From assembly GCA_947426525.1 (NCBI GenBank), contig CANEEJ010000001.1:23617-87616 (forward strand): a stretch of DNA of 64,000 bases, given 5' to 3'. The stretch comes from an uncultured Clostridium sp. GTDB taxonomy: Bacteria > Bacillota > Clostridia > TANB77 > CAG-508. The position numbers and the translations under genes were made by a program. Of the stretch, positions 10,783 through 22,450 are shown piece by piece. The notes under the pieces are model-generated. The model worked only from the letters and a program-made list of their open reading frames with translations, was not told the origin of the DNA and searched no databases. Every line of letters starts with the position of its first letter. Positions within the stretch are counted from its first letter, which is position 1.

Positions 10783-10790
10783 ATTCTTCT

Positions 10791-10895
10791 GATGTTTTTT
10801 GGGACGGGGTCAAAAAACATCGGGTTAAAAAGTTATTAAAAAAAGAATATAGAAAATTTAAGACGATGTTTTTTGACCCCGTCCCAAAAAACATC
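10791..10895. repeat. B-family MITE-like element: two inverted copies of the hairpin gatgtttttt-GGGACGGGGTC-aaaaaacatc around a 42-bp spacer
   Basis: Copy 10791-10821 and its reverse complement 10865-10895. An identical architecture recurs at 62220-62332. Confidence 0.85.
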
Positions 10896-10909
10896 AGGAA
10901 GGAAGGAAA

Positions 10910-13900
10910 ATGTACAAAAAAGTAGAATTGAAAAATGGATTTGTTGGCATGGAGAAAGAGGTTGCTGAGAATTGGAAGAAAAAAGACATTATTAAAAAGA
11001 ATTTTGCTATGAATGAAGGAAAAAGATATTTTACCTTTTATGATGGACCACCAACAGCAAATGGAAAGCCACATGTGGGGCATATTGAAACTAGAGTTAT
11101 GAAAGATATTATCCCAAGATATAAAGTTATGAAAGGATACCAAGTAATTCGTAAAGCTGGATGGGATACACATGGTCTTCCAGTAGAGCTTGAAATTGAA
11201 AAGAAATTAGGTATTTCAGGAAAAGAGCAAATTGAAGAATATGGCGTAGAAAAGTTTGTAAAAGAATGCAAGGAAAGTGTGTTTACCTATGTTTCTATGT
11301 GGGAAGAAATGACAAACAAAGTAGGTTTTTGGGTAGATATGGAACATCCATATGTTACGTATCATAACGAATATATCGAATCTGTATGGTGGGCTTTAAA
11401 ACAAATGTGGGATAAAGGACTTTTATATGAAGGTCATAAAGTTATGCCATATTGCCCAAGATGTGGAACAGCATTATCTTCTCATGAGGTAGCACAAGGA
11501 TATAAAGATGTAAAAGATTTAACTTGTATTGCTAAATTCAAAGTAGTAGATGAAGATAAATACATTCTAGCTTGGACAACAACACCTTGGACATTGCCTT
11601 CTAACTTAGCTCTTTGTGTTAATAAATCTTATGAATATGCAGAAGTGAAAGCTAATGTTGGAACTGATGATGAACCACAATATGAAACTTATATTTTAGC
11701 CAAAGATTTATTAGAGGCAGTTTTAAAAGAAACTCCTTATGAAGTAATCAAAACATTCAAAGGAGAAGAATTATTAGGAACCAAATATGAAAGATTGATG
11801 CCATGGGGCGAAGTGGAAGGAAAAGCCTTTGAAGTGATTCATGGTGACTATGTTAATCTTGATGATGGTACAGGAATTGTTCATATTGCACCAGCTTATG
11901 GTGAAGATGATAGCTTGGTATCAAAACAAAATGGAATTACTTTTATCAATCTAGTTGATAAAGCAGGAAACTTTGTAAAAGAAGTAGAACCTTGGGCAGG
12001 AAGATTTGTAAGAGATTGTAACGAAGATATCTGCAAATGGTTAAAAGAAGAAAATAAATTATTTAGCAAAGAAAAACACCTACACTCTTATCCACATTGC
12101 TGGAGATGTGACACACCACTTCTATACTATCCAAAAGAAAGCTGGTTTGTTGCTATGAGCAAACTAAGAGATGAATTAGTAGCTAATAACAACAAAGTAA
12201 ATTGGAACCCAGACACCATCCGAACAGGAAGATTTGGAAAATTCCTAGAAAATGTAATTGACTGGGGAATTTCAAGAGATAGATATTGGGGAACGCCATT
12301 ACCAGTATGGACTTGTGAAGATGAAAATTGTCGTCATCAAGAATGTATCGGTTCAATTGAAGAATTGAAAGAAAAAGGAATCGAAGTTCCAGAAAATATT
12401 GAATTACACAAACCATATATTGATGATGTAGACCTAAAATGTCCTAAATGTGGTAAAAAAATGCACAGAGCAAAAGAAGTAATTGATTGTTGGTTTGACT
12501 CTGGTTCTATGCCTTTTGCACAATGGCATTATCCATTTGAAAATAAAGAAATGTTTGACAACAACTTCCCAGCAGGATTTATTTCAGAAGCAGTTGACCA
12601 AACAAGAGGATGGTTCTATACTTTAACAGCAATAGGAACAGCATTATTTGGAAGAACACCATTTGAAAATTGCATTGTATTAGGACACGTTTTAGATGAA
12701 AAAGGTCAAAAAATGTCTAAATCCAAAGGAAATGGTGTAGACCCAATGCAATTATTAGACACAGTAGGAGCAGATGCAACTAGATGGCATTTTTATACTT
12801 GTAGTGCTCCATGGTTACCAACAAGATTAGGATTAAATAATGTACAAGAAACACAAAGAGGATTTTTAAGCACATTATGGAATGTATATTCTTTCTATGT
12901 GTTATATGCTGAAATAGACCAATTCAATCCATTAAAATATGCTAATTTTGAGGCAACTAATATTATGGACAAATGGATTATTTCAAAATTAAATACATTA
13001 GTAAAAGAAGTAGATGAAAAATTAGAACACTATGACATTACAAATGCAGCATTATTGATTGAAAGCTTTACTGATGAACTTTCTAACTGGTATGTACGTA
13101 GAAACAGAGAAAGATTCTGGTTAACTGAGTTAAATAATGAAAAAATTGGAGCATATTGTACCCTATATCGTGTATTAACAACTTTAATAAAAGTAGCAGG
13201 GCCATTTGTACCATTTATGGCAGATGAAATCTATCAAAACTTAGTAGTAGGATTAGACAACCAAGCTCCTGAAAGTGTTCACTTATGCTTATGGCCAGAC
13301 GTAAATGAAAAAGAAATCAATAAAGAGTTAGAAGCAGAAATGGATTTAGCTTATAAAATAGTAAAACTTGGACGTGGAGCAAGAAATGTAGCTAATATTA
13401 AAAATAGACAACCATTATCTAAAATGTTAATCTCAATTGACACTTTACCAGAATATTATGCAGACATTGTAAAAGAAGAACTAAACGTAAAAGAAATTAA
13501 CCTAGGAGCAGAAATGTCAGACTATGTTAATTTTGAAATCAAACCAAATCTACCAGTATTAGGAAAAGAATATGGAAAATTAATTCCAAGAATTAAACAA
13601 GCAATTAGTGAAAAAAATCAAATGGATTTAGCTAATACGGTAAAAAATGGCGGTGTAGAATACATTGAAATTGATGATACACAAATTGCTTTAAATGCAG
13701 ATAACTTGCTTATTACAATGCAAGGAAAAGAAGGTTTTGCTTTTAGTGGTGAAGGAGAAATGGGTGTAGTATTAGATACTCATATTTCGCCAGAACTAAA
13801 AGAAGAAGGACAGGTAAGAGAAATTTTGTCTAAAGTACAAAATATGAGAAAAGACAAAGGATTTGAAGTGCTAGACAATATCCATCTTTATGTAGCTGGA

Positions 13901-14056
13901 AACGAAATGCTGGAAGAAATTATTAAAAAGAATGAAGAATTTATTAAACATGAAACATTAGCAGTTGAAGTTATTTACAATAAAGATAGAACGTCTTATA
14001 CAGAAACTAACATCAATGGCGAAATGTTAAAGGTTGATGTAGAAGTAGTAAAATAA
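10910..14056 (+). CDS. ileS: isoleucyl-tRNA synthetase
   Basis: 1048 aa, with an HIGH-type motif (PHVGH), KMSKS and zinc-finger C-terminal motifs. A T-box leader lies upstream. Confidence 0.95.
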   Translation: MYKKVELKNGFVGMEKEVAENWKKKDIIKKNFAMNEGKRYFTFYDGPPTANGKPHVGHIETRVMKDIIPRYKVMKGYQVIRKAGWDTHGLPVELEIEKKLGISGKEQIEEYGVEKFVKECKESVFTYVSMWEEMTNKVGFWVDMEHPYVTYHNEYIESVWWALKQMWDKGLLYEGHKVMPYCPRCGTALSSHEVAQGYKDVKDLTCIAKFKVVDEDKYILAWTTTPWTLPSNLALCVNKSYEYAEVKANVGTDDEPQYETYILAKDLLEAVLKETPYEVIKTFKGEELLGTKYERLMPWGEVEGKAFEVIHGDYVNLDDGTGIVHIAPAYGEDDSLVSKQNGITFINLVDKAGNFVKEVEPWAGRFVRDCNEDICKWLKEENKLFSKEKHLHSYPHCWRCDTPLLYYPKESWFVAMSKLRDELVANNNKVNWNPDTIRTGRFGKFLENVIDWGISRDRYWGTPLPVWTCEDENCRHQECIGSIEELKEKGIEVPENIELHKPYIDDVDLKCPKCGKKMHRAKEVIDCWFDSGSMPFAQWHYPFENKEMFDNNFPAGFISEAVDQTRGWFYTLTAIGTALFGRTPFENCIVLGHVLDEKGQKMSKSKGNGVDPMQLLDTVGADATRWHFYTCSAPWLPTRLGLNNVQETQRGFLSTLWNVYSFYVLYAEIDQFNPLKYANFEATNIMDKWIISKLNTLVKEVDEKLEHYDITNAALLIESFTDELSNWYVRRNRERFWLTELNNEKIGAYCTLYRVLTTLIKVAGPFVPFMADEIYQNLVVGLDNQAPESVHLCLWPDVNEKEINKELEAEMDLAYKIVKLGRGARNVANIKNRQPLSKMLISIDTLPEYYADIVKEELNVKEINLGAEMSDYVNFEIKPNLPVLGKEYGKLIPRIKQAISEKNQMDLANTVKNGGVEYIEIDDTQIALNADNLLITMQGKEGFAFSGEGEMGVVLDTHISPELKEEGQVREILSKVQNMRKDKGFEVLDNIHLYVAGNEMLEEIIKKNEEFIKHETLAVEVIYNKDRTSYTETNINGEMLKVDVEVVK

Positions 14057-14081
14057 ACTTTTAGGAAGGAACAAAAACAAA

Positions 14082-14567
14082 ATGGAAGAAGTATTAAAAA
14101 AATTAGATGAGTTAGGAATTCAATATGAATTAGTAAAACATGCACCTGTTTATACCATAGAAGATATGAACAATTTAGACCCAGATACATTCAAAGGAGC
14201 GGAAATTTGTAAAAACCTATTTTTAAGAGATCAAAAAGGAAAAAGACATTTTTTAGTAATTCTTTGTGGTGACAAACAAGCAAGAATGGATAAGATTCAA
14301 GAGCAAGCTTATACTACAAGATTAAGCTTTGGGTCAGCAGAGAGATTACAAAAGCACTTAGGTTTAGAAGCTGGTCACGTTAGCCCAATGGGATTAATCA
14401 ATAATCCAGAAAAAACAGTAGAAGTTTTACTAGATAAAGACTTAAAGAAAAAAGATAAATTAGCTTTTCATCCAAATACCAATGAGGCTTGCGTATTAAT
14501 TACTTATGCTGATTTGAAAAAGTTTTTAGATGATTGTGGTCATGAAGTTGAATTTATTACGATATAA
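14082..14567 (+). CDS. YbaK/ProX-type aminoacyl-tRNA deacylase
   Basis: 161 aa; resembles the YbaK/ProX deacylase family; sits directly after ileS. Confidence 0.7.
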   Translation: MEEVLKKLDELGIQYELVKHAPVYTIEDMNNLDPDTFKGAEICKNLFLRDQKGKRHFLVILCGDKQARMDKIQEQAYTTRLSFGSAERLQKHLGLEAGHVSPMGLINNPEKTVEVLLDKDLKKKDKLAFHPNTNEACVLITYADLKKFLDDCGHEVEFITI

Positions 14568-14731
14568 AAATGAGAAAACTAGATTAGTTCGTACTAGTCT
14601 AGTTTTTATTATGACAAAATGTAAAAATTTACTGTTAGATATTGATTTTGGATTCGAAATGTTATATAGTAAATAACATAGGAAATGAGAATAAGCAGAT
14701 GTGGTTTGCCTCCAACAAGGAGGTGAGGCGT

Positions 14732-14854
14732 ATGATAGAAATACAAGTATTAATTGCAACAATATACATATTATATTATTCATTAATTGGAGTAACTATC
14801 ATAGCTCTTTCTTCGATTATAGCACTTGTAATATTACTATGTAAGAGCAAATAA
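14732..14854 (+). CDS. small hydrophobic peptide (40 aa; candidate type I toxin-like or small membrane protein)
   Basis: RBS aaggaggtgaggcgtATG; a single TM helix with a basic C-terminus (CKSK). A hairpin gacgcatct...agatgcgtc lies just downstream. Confidence 0.35.
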   Translation: MIEIQVLIATIYILYYSLIGVTIIALSSIIALVILLCKSK

Positions 14855-15056
14855 ACCAAAAAAACAGACGCATCTGTAACTGACCAAAGTAAGATGCGTC
14901 AAAACCATTTTACAGAGGTAAACCAAGTTTGTGGTTTCTCCATTTCCTATTTTTATTATACACATTTATTTTAAAATTGTCAATTTCAAATAGACTTTTT
15001 TCAAAGTATGCTTTATAATAATAACAAATTCAGAAACAAAAAAGGAAATAATTAAT

Positions 15057-15635
15057 ATGAAAAACATAGAGAAATATTATAAAAACACAGAAAATGCATT
15101 ACCACACGTAATTGTAAGGAAATTTATTGAAATGAAAACAAAGCCAGGAAATGCTATTGATTTAGGATGCGGAGCAGGTAGAGATACTATATTTTTAATA
15201 AAAAATGGCTGGAATGTTTTAGCAATAGATAGAGAAAATACAGAAGAAATCATAATGAATCAATTAAATAACAAAGAAATAAAAAGATTTGAATTTAGCA
15301 AGCAAAATTTTGAAAATATTGAATTACAGAAAGTTGATTTAGTAGTTGCTAATTTTAGTATTCCGTTTTGCAAAAAGGAAAATTTTTATGAATTTTGGGA
15401 AAAGATAGTAGCTAACATTGAAAAAGGAGGATATTTTGTAGGAAATTTTTTTGGACTAAACGATTCTTGGACGAAACTAAAAAAAATGATATTTTTATCA
15501 AAACTGCAAACACTAGAATTATTTAACGATGTATTTGAAATATTAGAATTTGAAGAAATTGAAGAAGACGGAAAAACAGGATTGGGAAAGATGAAACATT
15601 GGCATATATTTAATATTGTGGCTAAAAAGAAATGA
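15057..15635 (+). CDS. class I SAM-dependent methyltransferase
   Basis: The DLGCGAGRD motif I is present. The gene overlaps the downstream HD gene by 4 bp, so the two are probably an operon. Confidence 0.6.
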   Translation: MKNIEKYYKNTENALPHVIVRKFIEMKTKPGNAIDLGCGAGRDTIFLIKNGWNVLAIDRENTEEIIMNQLNNKEIKRFEFSKQNFENIELQKVDLVVANFSIPFCKKENFYEFWEKIVANIEKGGYFVGNFFGLNDSWTKLKKMIFLSKLQTLELFNDVFEILEFEEIEEDGKTGLGKMKHWHIFNIVAKKK

Positions 15636-16429
15636 AGAAGGTAGAAAATATGATAGATATTGGAAAAGCGAAAAAAGAATTTAAAAATTTCTTAGAAAAC
15701 TATAAAAACCAAAAGGAATTAGGATTTGAATTAAAAGTAGTTCATACATATCAGGTTGCTCAGAACTCAAAAAAATTAGCGGAAGAATTAAAATTAAAAC
15801 AAGAAGACATTGAACTAGCTGAATTAATTGGACTACTTCATGATATTGGCAGATTTGAAGAATTAAAAATGTTAAATCGATTTGATAATATAAAATTTGA
15901 CCATGCAGAACATGGTGTAAAGATGTTATTTGAGGATAACTTAATTAGAAACTTTGTAGAAGACAACCAATATGATGAAATCATAAAACAAGCGATACAA
16001 AATCATAGTAAATTTGAAATCCCAAAAGATTTAGAAGCAAGAACATTATTGCATTGTAAAATAATTCGAGATAGTGATAAATTAGATAATTTTAGAGTAA
16101 AACAAGAAGAAAGAATGGAAGCAATATTTCCTAAAATTATTAGTGCAAAAGAAGAAATTGAAAATTCGAAAATATCAGAATCAGTTTATCAGGCAATAAA
16201 AGAACTAAAATGTGTAAAATTAAAAGATAGGAAAACACCATTAGATTACCTGGTTTGCATTTTAGCATTTATATTTGATTTGAATTTTTCTGCATCGTAT
16301 CAAATTGTAACAGACCAGGACTATGTAAATCAAATGATTAATCGATTTGATTATAAATTACCAGAAACGAAAGAGAAAATGGAAGAGATTAGAAGAATTG
16401 TAAATCAGTATATTAAGGAACAAATTTGA
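15632..16429 (+). CDS. HD-domain phosphohydrolase
   Basis: The LHDIGRFEE...H..D pattern of an HD domain. Confidence 0.6.
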   Translation: MKKVENMIDIGKAKKEFKNFLENYKNQKELGFELKVVHTYQVAQNSKKLAEELKLKQEDIELAELIGLLHDIGRFEELKMLNRFDNIKFDHAEHGVKMLFEDNLIRNFVEDNQYDEIIKQAIQNHSKFEIPKDLEARTLLHCKIIRDSDKLDNFRVKQEERMEAIFPKIISAKEEIENSKISESVYQAIKELKCVKLKDRKTPLDYLVCILAFIFDLNFSASYQIVTDQDYVNQMINRFDYKLPETKEKMEEIRRIVNQYIKEQI

Positions 16430-16442
16430 AAGGAAGTGAATT

Positions 16443-16787
16443 ATGGAATTCAATTTTTTAGAAAGAATACAAGGAATGGCAAAAAAAACAATCGAAGAAA
16501 ATAAAATAAAACTAGAAAATGGCAACATTAGTCAAGAAGAAATCGAGCTAGCCCAAAAACTACATGCTATCGAAGAATTTAGTATTGATCGATTGGAAGA
16601 AGAGATAGCAGTCTTAGAAAACAGAAAGACAGGTAAAATCATAGAGATAGAACGAAACAAATTACCAGAAAACAGCAAAGAAGGAGACATTTTAAAAAAG
16701 ATTAATGGAAAATATAGTTTAGATGCGGAGAAAACAGTAGAAGAAAGCAATCGTATTAGGGACAAAATGAACGATTTATGGAATTAG
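16443..16787 (+). CDS. DUF3006 family protein
   Basis: The C-terminal half matches the DUF3006 pattern (IDR.E...AVLE......I....LP....EGDIL); it is typically paired with a ComEC-like MBL hydrolase. Confidence 0.5.
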   Translation: MEFNFLERIQGMAKKTIEENKIKLENGNISQEEIELAQKLHAIEEFSIDRLEEEIAVLENRKTGKIIEIERNKLPENSKEGDILKKINGKYSLDAEKTVEESNRIRDKMNDLWN

Positions 16788-16804
16788 AGAAAGGATAAAA
16801 TTAG

Positions 16805-17750
16805 ATGAAAAACAAAAATAAAAAAATACAAATTACAGTAGGAATAATAGCGACTATAGTATTATTAATTTTAATTTTGTGTGGAGCTAATACAGAGATA
16901 TTAAACCAAGTTAGTAAGGTCGCAGGATTAAACATTGTATTTGAAAATAAACAACAAGAAGCAGAAACAGCAACAACAACTGGAGAATTTATTGCAGAAG
17001 ATAAGCTAAAAGTGTATTTTATTGATGTAGGTCAAGCAGATAGTATTTTAGTTATGAATCAAAAGGAAAGTATGTTAATTGATGCTGGCAATAATGAAGA
17101 TGGAGAAGAAGTGGTAAAATTCATACAAGAAAAAGGAATTAAAAAGTTAAATCATGTGATACGGAACTCATCCACATGAAGACCATATAGGTGGGCTAGA
17201 TGATGTAATTAACAACATTGAGATTGAAACTATTTATATGCCAAAAATCGAGACAACAACAAAAACTTTTGAAGATGTATTAGATGCTATTCAAGGCAAA
17301 AACTTAAAAGTAACAGCACCAACAAAGGGAAAAACTTTTAAAGTAGGGGAAGCAAATTGTGAAGTGATGACAGACTCTATATTAGACAAAGAAAACCTGA
17401 ATTTATCATCCATTATTGTTCGATTAGAATTTGGGAATACTAGTTTCCTATTTATGGGAGATGCTGAAAGCAAAAATGAGAAAACGAGACAATGGCCTAA
17501 AACAGATGTGTTAAAAGTAGGACACCATGGTTCCAATACAAGTACAAGTGAGAATTTCTTAAAACAGGTATCACCACAATATGCAGTCATTATGGCTGGA
17601 AAAAATAATAGTTATGGATTACCAAAAGATAAAATTTTAGAAAGATTAAAAAAGAAAAATGTTACGATTTATCGAACAGATGAAAAAAGAACCATTGAAA
17701 TGACATCAGATGGAAACAAAATTGAAACGGGATTTGGGGACGTCCCTTAA
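16805..17750 (+). CDS. secreted MBL-fold hydrolase (ComEC C-terminal-like). The frame breaks at an in-frame CGG near 17162-17164.
   Basis: Removing the C before GG restores the HVIGTHPHEDHIGGLD metallo-beta-lactamase motif, and the +1 frame then runs uninterrupted into ORF 17238..17750 with no further stop. An N-terminal signal-anchor is present. Confidence 0.7.
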
Positions 17751-17897
17751 AATCCCTCTTATGGGGAATTAGGGGACACCCATTAGGTGTTGCGTTTAAA
17801 GAAGAAATACTAAATTTAGCGAAATGTTGCAATTTTATGTGAAGTGTGTTAAAATAGTTATCGATACTGCAAATGTGATTTGTAAAGGAGGTCTTTT

Positions 17898-18323
17898 ATG
17901 AATTTAAAAGAACAATTAGGAATTCTAGCGAGAAAGCATGAACAAGAAGTGGAAGAGGAAAGGCGTGAGGAGGAAAGAAAAAAGATTCGGTCACCAGAAG
18001 ATTGGGAGATAATTGAAGAATATCTTAGGAACCTGTTAACTAAATTTGCTTCTTTTGAAGAACTTGTTAAAGTAGGTTTTAGAAGGACAAAATTTATTCC
18101 TATTGAATGCAGTTCTAATGATATTTTATTTCCAAAAGATGATAAGCGTCAACTTCTTTTTTTAAAAGATGGAAAACCATTGGAGATTACAAATGAAGAC
18201 CTGAAAAGGTTCTGCAACCAACATAATCTTAAATTGAGATATCTTTTAAACGACAATGACTGCTATAGGTTTTCCAGGAAATATGACAAATTTAATACCC
18301 ACACGTTTCTTATTGGAATATAA
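17898..18323 (+). CDS. hypothetical protein (141 aa)
   Basis: Promoter ttgcaa-N17-tgttaaaat and RBS aaggagg upstream; a perfect hairpin terminator at 18327-18361. It contains one in-frame CGG read as Arg (KKIRSPED). Confidence 0.4.
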   Translation: MNLKEQLGILARKHEQEVEEERREEERKKIRSPEDWEIIEEYLRNLLTKFASFEELVKVGFRRTKFIPIECSSNDILFPKDDKRQLLFLKDGKPLEITNEDLKRFCNQHNLKLRYLLNDNDCYRFSRKYDKFNTHTFLIGI

Positions 18324-18503
18324 GAGTAAAATAGCACACTACAATGTAGTGTGCTATTTTTAAACCATGAATTCTGCTTTTTGTTTAAAATCACTTGACA
18401 GTTTACAATAATAAAGATAAAATAGAATAGTAGGAAAAAATATATGAACATAAATTAATATATATTTTATTCGAACATTGAAAATTAAATAAGAAAGAGG
18501 TGT

Positions 18504-20051
18504 ATGATTATGAACATAGTAATCATAATCGCCGCTGTCTTAATCTCATTAGCAATCGGTAGCGTATTTGGAATAGCATACCGCAAAAAAGTTGCAGAGT
18601 CTAAAATTCAAGGAGCAGAAAATGAAGCAAAAAGACTAGTTGATTTAGCGAAAATAGAAGCAGAAAATTTAAAGAAAGAAGAAATTTTCAAAGCCAAAGA
18701 AGAAATCATGAATAGTAGGAAAGAGTTAGATCAAGAGATTAAAGAAAGAAGAGGCGAAGTACAAAAACAAGAATCTAGATTAATCCAAAAAGAAGAAAAT
18801 CTAGAAAAACGTGAAGGGAATTTCGAAAGAAAAGAACGTGAATTAGAAAGAGAGATGCAAGAAGTAGAAAAACAAAAAGAAGAAATTTCAAAATTACATG
18901 ACGAAGAAATGGTACAACTTCAAAAAATAGCTTCTTTAACACAAGAAGAAGCAAAAGCACAATTGCTATCTGAAATGGATAGACAATTAACAGCTGAAAA
19001 AGCAGCGTTAATTCGTGAAAAAGAGCAAAAGGCAAAAGAAACAGCCATTAAAAATGCGAAAGAAATTCTAAGCTATGCCGTACAAAAATGTGCAGCAGAC
19101 CATTCACAAGAAACTACCGTATCTATTGTAGCACTTCCAAATGATGATATGAAAGGAAGAATTATAGGTAGAGAAGGTAGAAACATAAAAGCATTAGAAA
19201 CCTTAACAGGAATCGACTTAATCATTGATGATACACCAGAAGCAGTCGTTTTATCAGGATTTGACCCACTAAGAAGAGAAGTTGCTAAAATTGCATTAGA
19301 AAAATTAATTGATGATGGAAGAATCCATCCAGCAAAAATCGAAGAAATGGTTGAAAAGGCAAAAGAAGAAGTAGAAACAACCATCAAAGAAGAAGGAGAA
19401 AGAGCAGTTTTAGAAACTGGTGTTATTGGACTTCATCCAGACATTGTAAAACTAATTGGAAAATTAAAATATAGGACAAGTTATGGTCAAAACGTATTAA
19501 ATCACTCAATTGAAGTTTCTAACCTAGCAAGAATTATGGCAGAAGAATTAGGATTAGATCCAAAACTAGCAAGAAGAGCTGGACTTTTACATGATATTGG
19601 AAAAGCACTAGACCATGATATGGAAGGAACACACGTTGAAATAGGAGTAGAGGTTCTTAAAAAATTCAAAGAAAATCCACTTGTTATCAATGCTGTAGAA
19701 GCACACCATGGTGATGTAGAACCACAAACTTTAGAAGCAGTTTTAATCCAAGCAGCAGATGCGATATCAGCATCAAGACCAGGAGCTAGAAGAGAAACTG
19801 TAGAAGCTTATATCAAGAGATTACAAAATCTTGAAGAAATAGCAGACTCTTTTGAAGGAGTTGAAAAATCATTTGCTATTCAAGCTGGTAGAGAAGTAAG
19901 AATTATTGTAAAACCAGACAGAATATCAGATGATAAAATGACAATCTTAGCAAGAGATGTTTCTAAGAAAATTGAAAATGAAATGGATTATCCAGGTCAA
20001 ATAAAAGTAAATATCATTAGAGAGACAAGAGTAGTTGATTATGCAAAATAA
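18504..20051 (+). CDS. rny: ribonuclease Y
   Basis: N-terminal TM helix, coiled-coil, KH and HD domains (LLHDIGK); an intrinsic terminator follows at 20052-20085. Confidence 0.95.
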   Translation: MIMNIVIIIAAVLISLAIGSVFGIAYRKKVAESKIQGAENEAKRLVDLAKIEAENLKKEEIFKAKEEIMNSRKELDQEIKERRGEVQKQESRLIQKEENLEKREGNFERKERELEREMQEVEKQKEEISKLHDEEMVQLQKIASLTQEEAKAQLLSEMDRQLTAEKAALIREKEQKAKETAIKNAKEILSYAVQKCAADHSQETTVSIVALPNDDMKGRIIGREGRNIKALETLTGIDLIIDDTPEAVVLSGFDPLRREVAKIALEKLIDDGRIHPAKIEEMVEKAKEEVETTIKEEGERAVLETGVIGLHPDIVKLIGKLKYRTSYGQNVLNHSIEVSNLARIMAEELGLDPKLARRAGLLHDIGKALDHDMEGTHVEIGVEVLKKFKENPLVINAVEAHHGDVEPQTLEAVLIQAADAISASRPGARRETVEAYIKRLQNLEEIADSFEGVEKSFAIQAGREVRIIVKPDRISDDKMTILARDVSKKIENEMDYPGQIKVNIIRETRVVDYAK

Positions 20052-20165
20052 AAATAGAGGCTTAAAGTAGGCCTCTATTTTTTTGTGTAAAAGTATTGTT
20101 AACTAATTTAAGTAATGTTATAATAAAGGAGGAACAATTAAATAAATTTATAAGGAGAGATACAA

Positions 20166-21098
20166 ATGTTAAAGAAATTTTTAATTAGTTTATGGATTAT
20201 CATGATTATAGTATGCACAACATTTAGTTATGCTACTAATGTTAAAGTAACAAATGAGAACTTAAATGCAGCTTTTCAAAAATATGTGTCATCAGATGCT
20301 AATACGATGGGATATGAAATATCAGTAGCAGATAATATTATTAATATTAATGTTAATAATGAGGAATATAAATTAAATTATGATTTAACGGATAAACCGA
20401 CTTTTTCGATGACTATTCCAATTGAAAAAGGAATGGAATACCAAGAATTTAAAAATCAAACTAGTAATTTGATTTTACCTATGCTTGGTTATATAGCAGT
20501 AACCGATATTCAAGGAGTAGAGCTAGAAGATGCTAGCGAATATTTTTTGATGACCTATCTAAATAATGCTTTAAAGGGAGATGTAACAAGTAAAAATTCT
20601 TATATTATTATTGATGATGTTAATTTAGAAGATGGTGTTACAATTGATAAAACTGAAAGCAGTGATCAAATTATCTATGTTTCTGAATTTGGAGAAAGAG
20701 TAATGGAATATGTAAATGCTACTTATAAAGATAAACAAATAATTAGAGATGCCTCAGATGAAGAAATTAATTCTTACGAATATACAGTTGAGAGAAAAGA
20801 AGTAACAGATACATCTTGTGAAATTGTAGCAACACTAAGTGTAAATCTTGATGCGGACTTTTCGAAACTAAATGGATATAGTGATCAAGAAAAGGACGAT
20901 ACTCCTGCTAAAAAAGATGATAACACTATTGTTCAAGACAATAAAATGAATAACGGTAATGTAAATAATGATAAAACTACTTCAAAAACTGTTTTACCCA
21001 AAGCAGGTATGAATAATATTGTTTGTATGATATTATTTTTCAGTGTGGTTTTAGTAGTTGTATTTATTGTTAAATTAAAAAAATATAAAGATGTATAA
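20166..21098 (+). CDS. cell-wall-anchored surface protein with an LPKAG sorting signal
   Basis: Signal peptide; the C-terminus has LPKAG, then a hydrophobic stretch and a KKYK tail, which is a sortase substrate layout. Confidence 0.55.
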   Translation: MLKKFLISLWIIMIIVCTTFSYATNVKVTNENLNAAFQKYVSSDANTMGYEISVADNIININVNNEEYKLNYDLTDKPTFSMTIPIEKGMEYQEFKNQTSNLILPMLGYIAVTDIQGVELEDASEYFLMTYLNNALKGDVTSKNSYIIIDDVNLEDGVTIDKTESSDQIIYVSEFGERVMEYVNATYKDKQIIRDASDEEINSYEYTVERKEVTDTSCEIVATLSVNLDADFSKLNGYSDQEKDDTPAKKDDNTIVQDNKMNNGNVNNDKTTSKTVLPKAGMNNIVCMILFFSVVLVVVFIVKLKKYKDV

Positions 21099-21107
21099 CA
21101 TTTTTTA

Positions 21108-21896
21108 ATGGAAAGAAGGAATACCATGAAAATATTAGCTATAGGAGACTTAATTGGAAATGCTGGTATCAAAGAATTAAAAAAGCAACTAGCAGACATA
21201 AAGAAAAAAGAAGAAATAGATTTTGTTATTGTAAATGGAGAAAATTCAGCAGAGGGAATGGGTTTAACAGAAGCAAATTTTAAAGATATCCTAGCAATGA
21301 ACATTGATGTTATTACCATGGGAAACCATACTTGGGGAAAAAAAGACATTTTTAAATTTATAGACCATCCAAAATTAATCCGTCCAGCCAATTATCCTAA
21401 AGGAGTAGTAGGAAAAGGATATAACATTTATACCTGTCAAAATAAAAAAATAGCAGTGATTAATTTAATAGGAAGAGTAGATATAAATGTACTTTCTGAA
21501 AACCCATTTATTACTGTCAAAGAAATTGTTGAAAAAATCAAAAATAAAGTAGATATGATTTTTGTGGATTTTCATGCAGAAGCAACTGCAGAAAAAATTG
21601 CAATGGGTTACTTCTTAGATGGAAAAGTTACAGCTGTGTATGGAACCCATACACATGTACAAACAGCAGATGAAAAAATTCTGCCAAACGGAACAGGCTA
21701 TATAACAGATATTGGAATGACAGGACCAAAACATTCTGTTATTGGAATGGACATAGCAGCATCTTTAAAGAGATTTGAGACCACTTTACCAGAGAGATAT
21801 CGAATAGCAACTGGTGAATGTATATTAAATGGTGTGGTATTTGAAGTAGACGAAATAAATAATAAGGTAAAAAGTATAAAAAGATTGTACCAATAA
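21108..21896 (+). CDS. ymdB: YmdB-family metallophosphoesterase (2',3'-cyclic-nucleotide phosphodiesterase)
   Basis: Conserved rny-ymdB synteny; GDLIGNAG and GNHTW motifs. Confidence 0.85.
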   Translation: MERRNTMKILAIGDLIGNAGIKELKKQLADIKKKEEIDFVIVNGENSAEGMGLTEANFKDILAMNIDVITMGNHTWGKKDIFKFIDHPKLIRPANYPKGVVGKGYNIYTCQNKKIAVINLIGRVDINVLSENPFITVKEIVEKIKNKVDMIFVDFHAEATAEKIAMGYFLDGKVTAVYGTHTHVQTADEKILPNGTGYITDIGMTGPKHSVIGMDIAASLKRFETTLPERYRIATGECILNGVVFEVDEINNKVKSIKRLYQ

Positions 21897-22050
21897 ATTA
21901 ACCGTCGAACAAAGTCGAAAAGAAGAGAATATTGCGATGAAATCTCCTAAAAATTTCCAAAAAACACTTTACAAACATTTCCAGATAATGTAAAATAACA
22001 ATCGTAAAAGTTGCAACAAAAAAATAAAAATTATAGGAGGCAAAAGAAAA

Positions 22051-22314
22051 ATGGAAGTTTTAAAAATTTCATCCAAATCAAACCCTAATTCAGTAGCAGG
22101 AGCGATAGCTGGATTAGTAAAAGAATCAAATAAAGCAGAAATGCAAGCAATTGGAGCAGGAGCATTAAATCAGGCAGTAAAAGCAGTGGCAATCGCAAGA
22201 GGCTTTGTTGCACCAGCAGGAGTAGACTTAGTATGCATACCAGCATTTGCAGAAGTGGAAGTGGAAGGAGAAGACAGAACTGGTATCAAACTAATTGTAG
22301 AATCAAGAGTTTAA
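22051..22314 (+). CDS. spoVS: stage V sporulation protein S
   Basis: 87 aa with the typical SpoVS sequence (MEVLKISSKS...AIGAGA...). Confidence 0.9.
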   Translation: MEVLKISSKSNPNSVAGAIAGLVKESNKAEMQAIGAGALNQAVKAVAIARGFVAPAGVDLVCIPAFAEVEVEGEDRTGIKLIVESRV

Positions 22315-22450
22315 AAATAAGGAGTAATAGGGACGTTTCCTCTTGCTCCTTTTTGTTTTTGAGAAATCTATTGTCTCTTAAAAAAATACAATAAATTACT
22401 TGAAAAATCATTTAATTTAGGGTATGATAGCAAAAGAATAGAGGTGGAGT

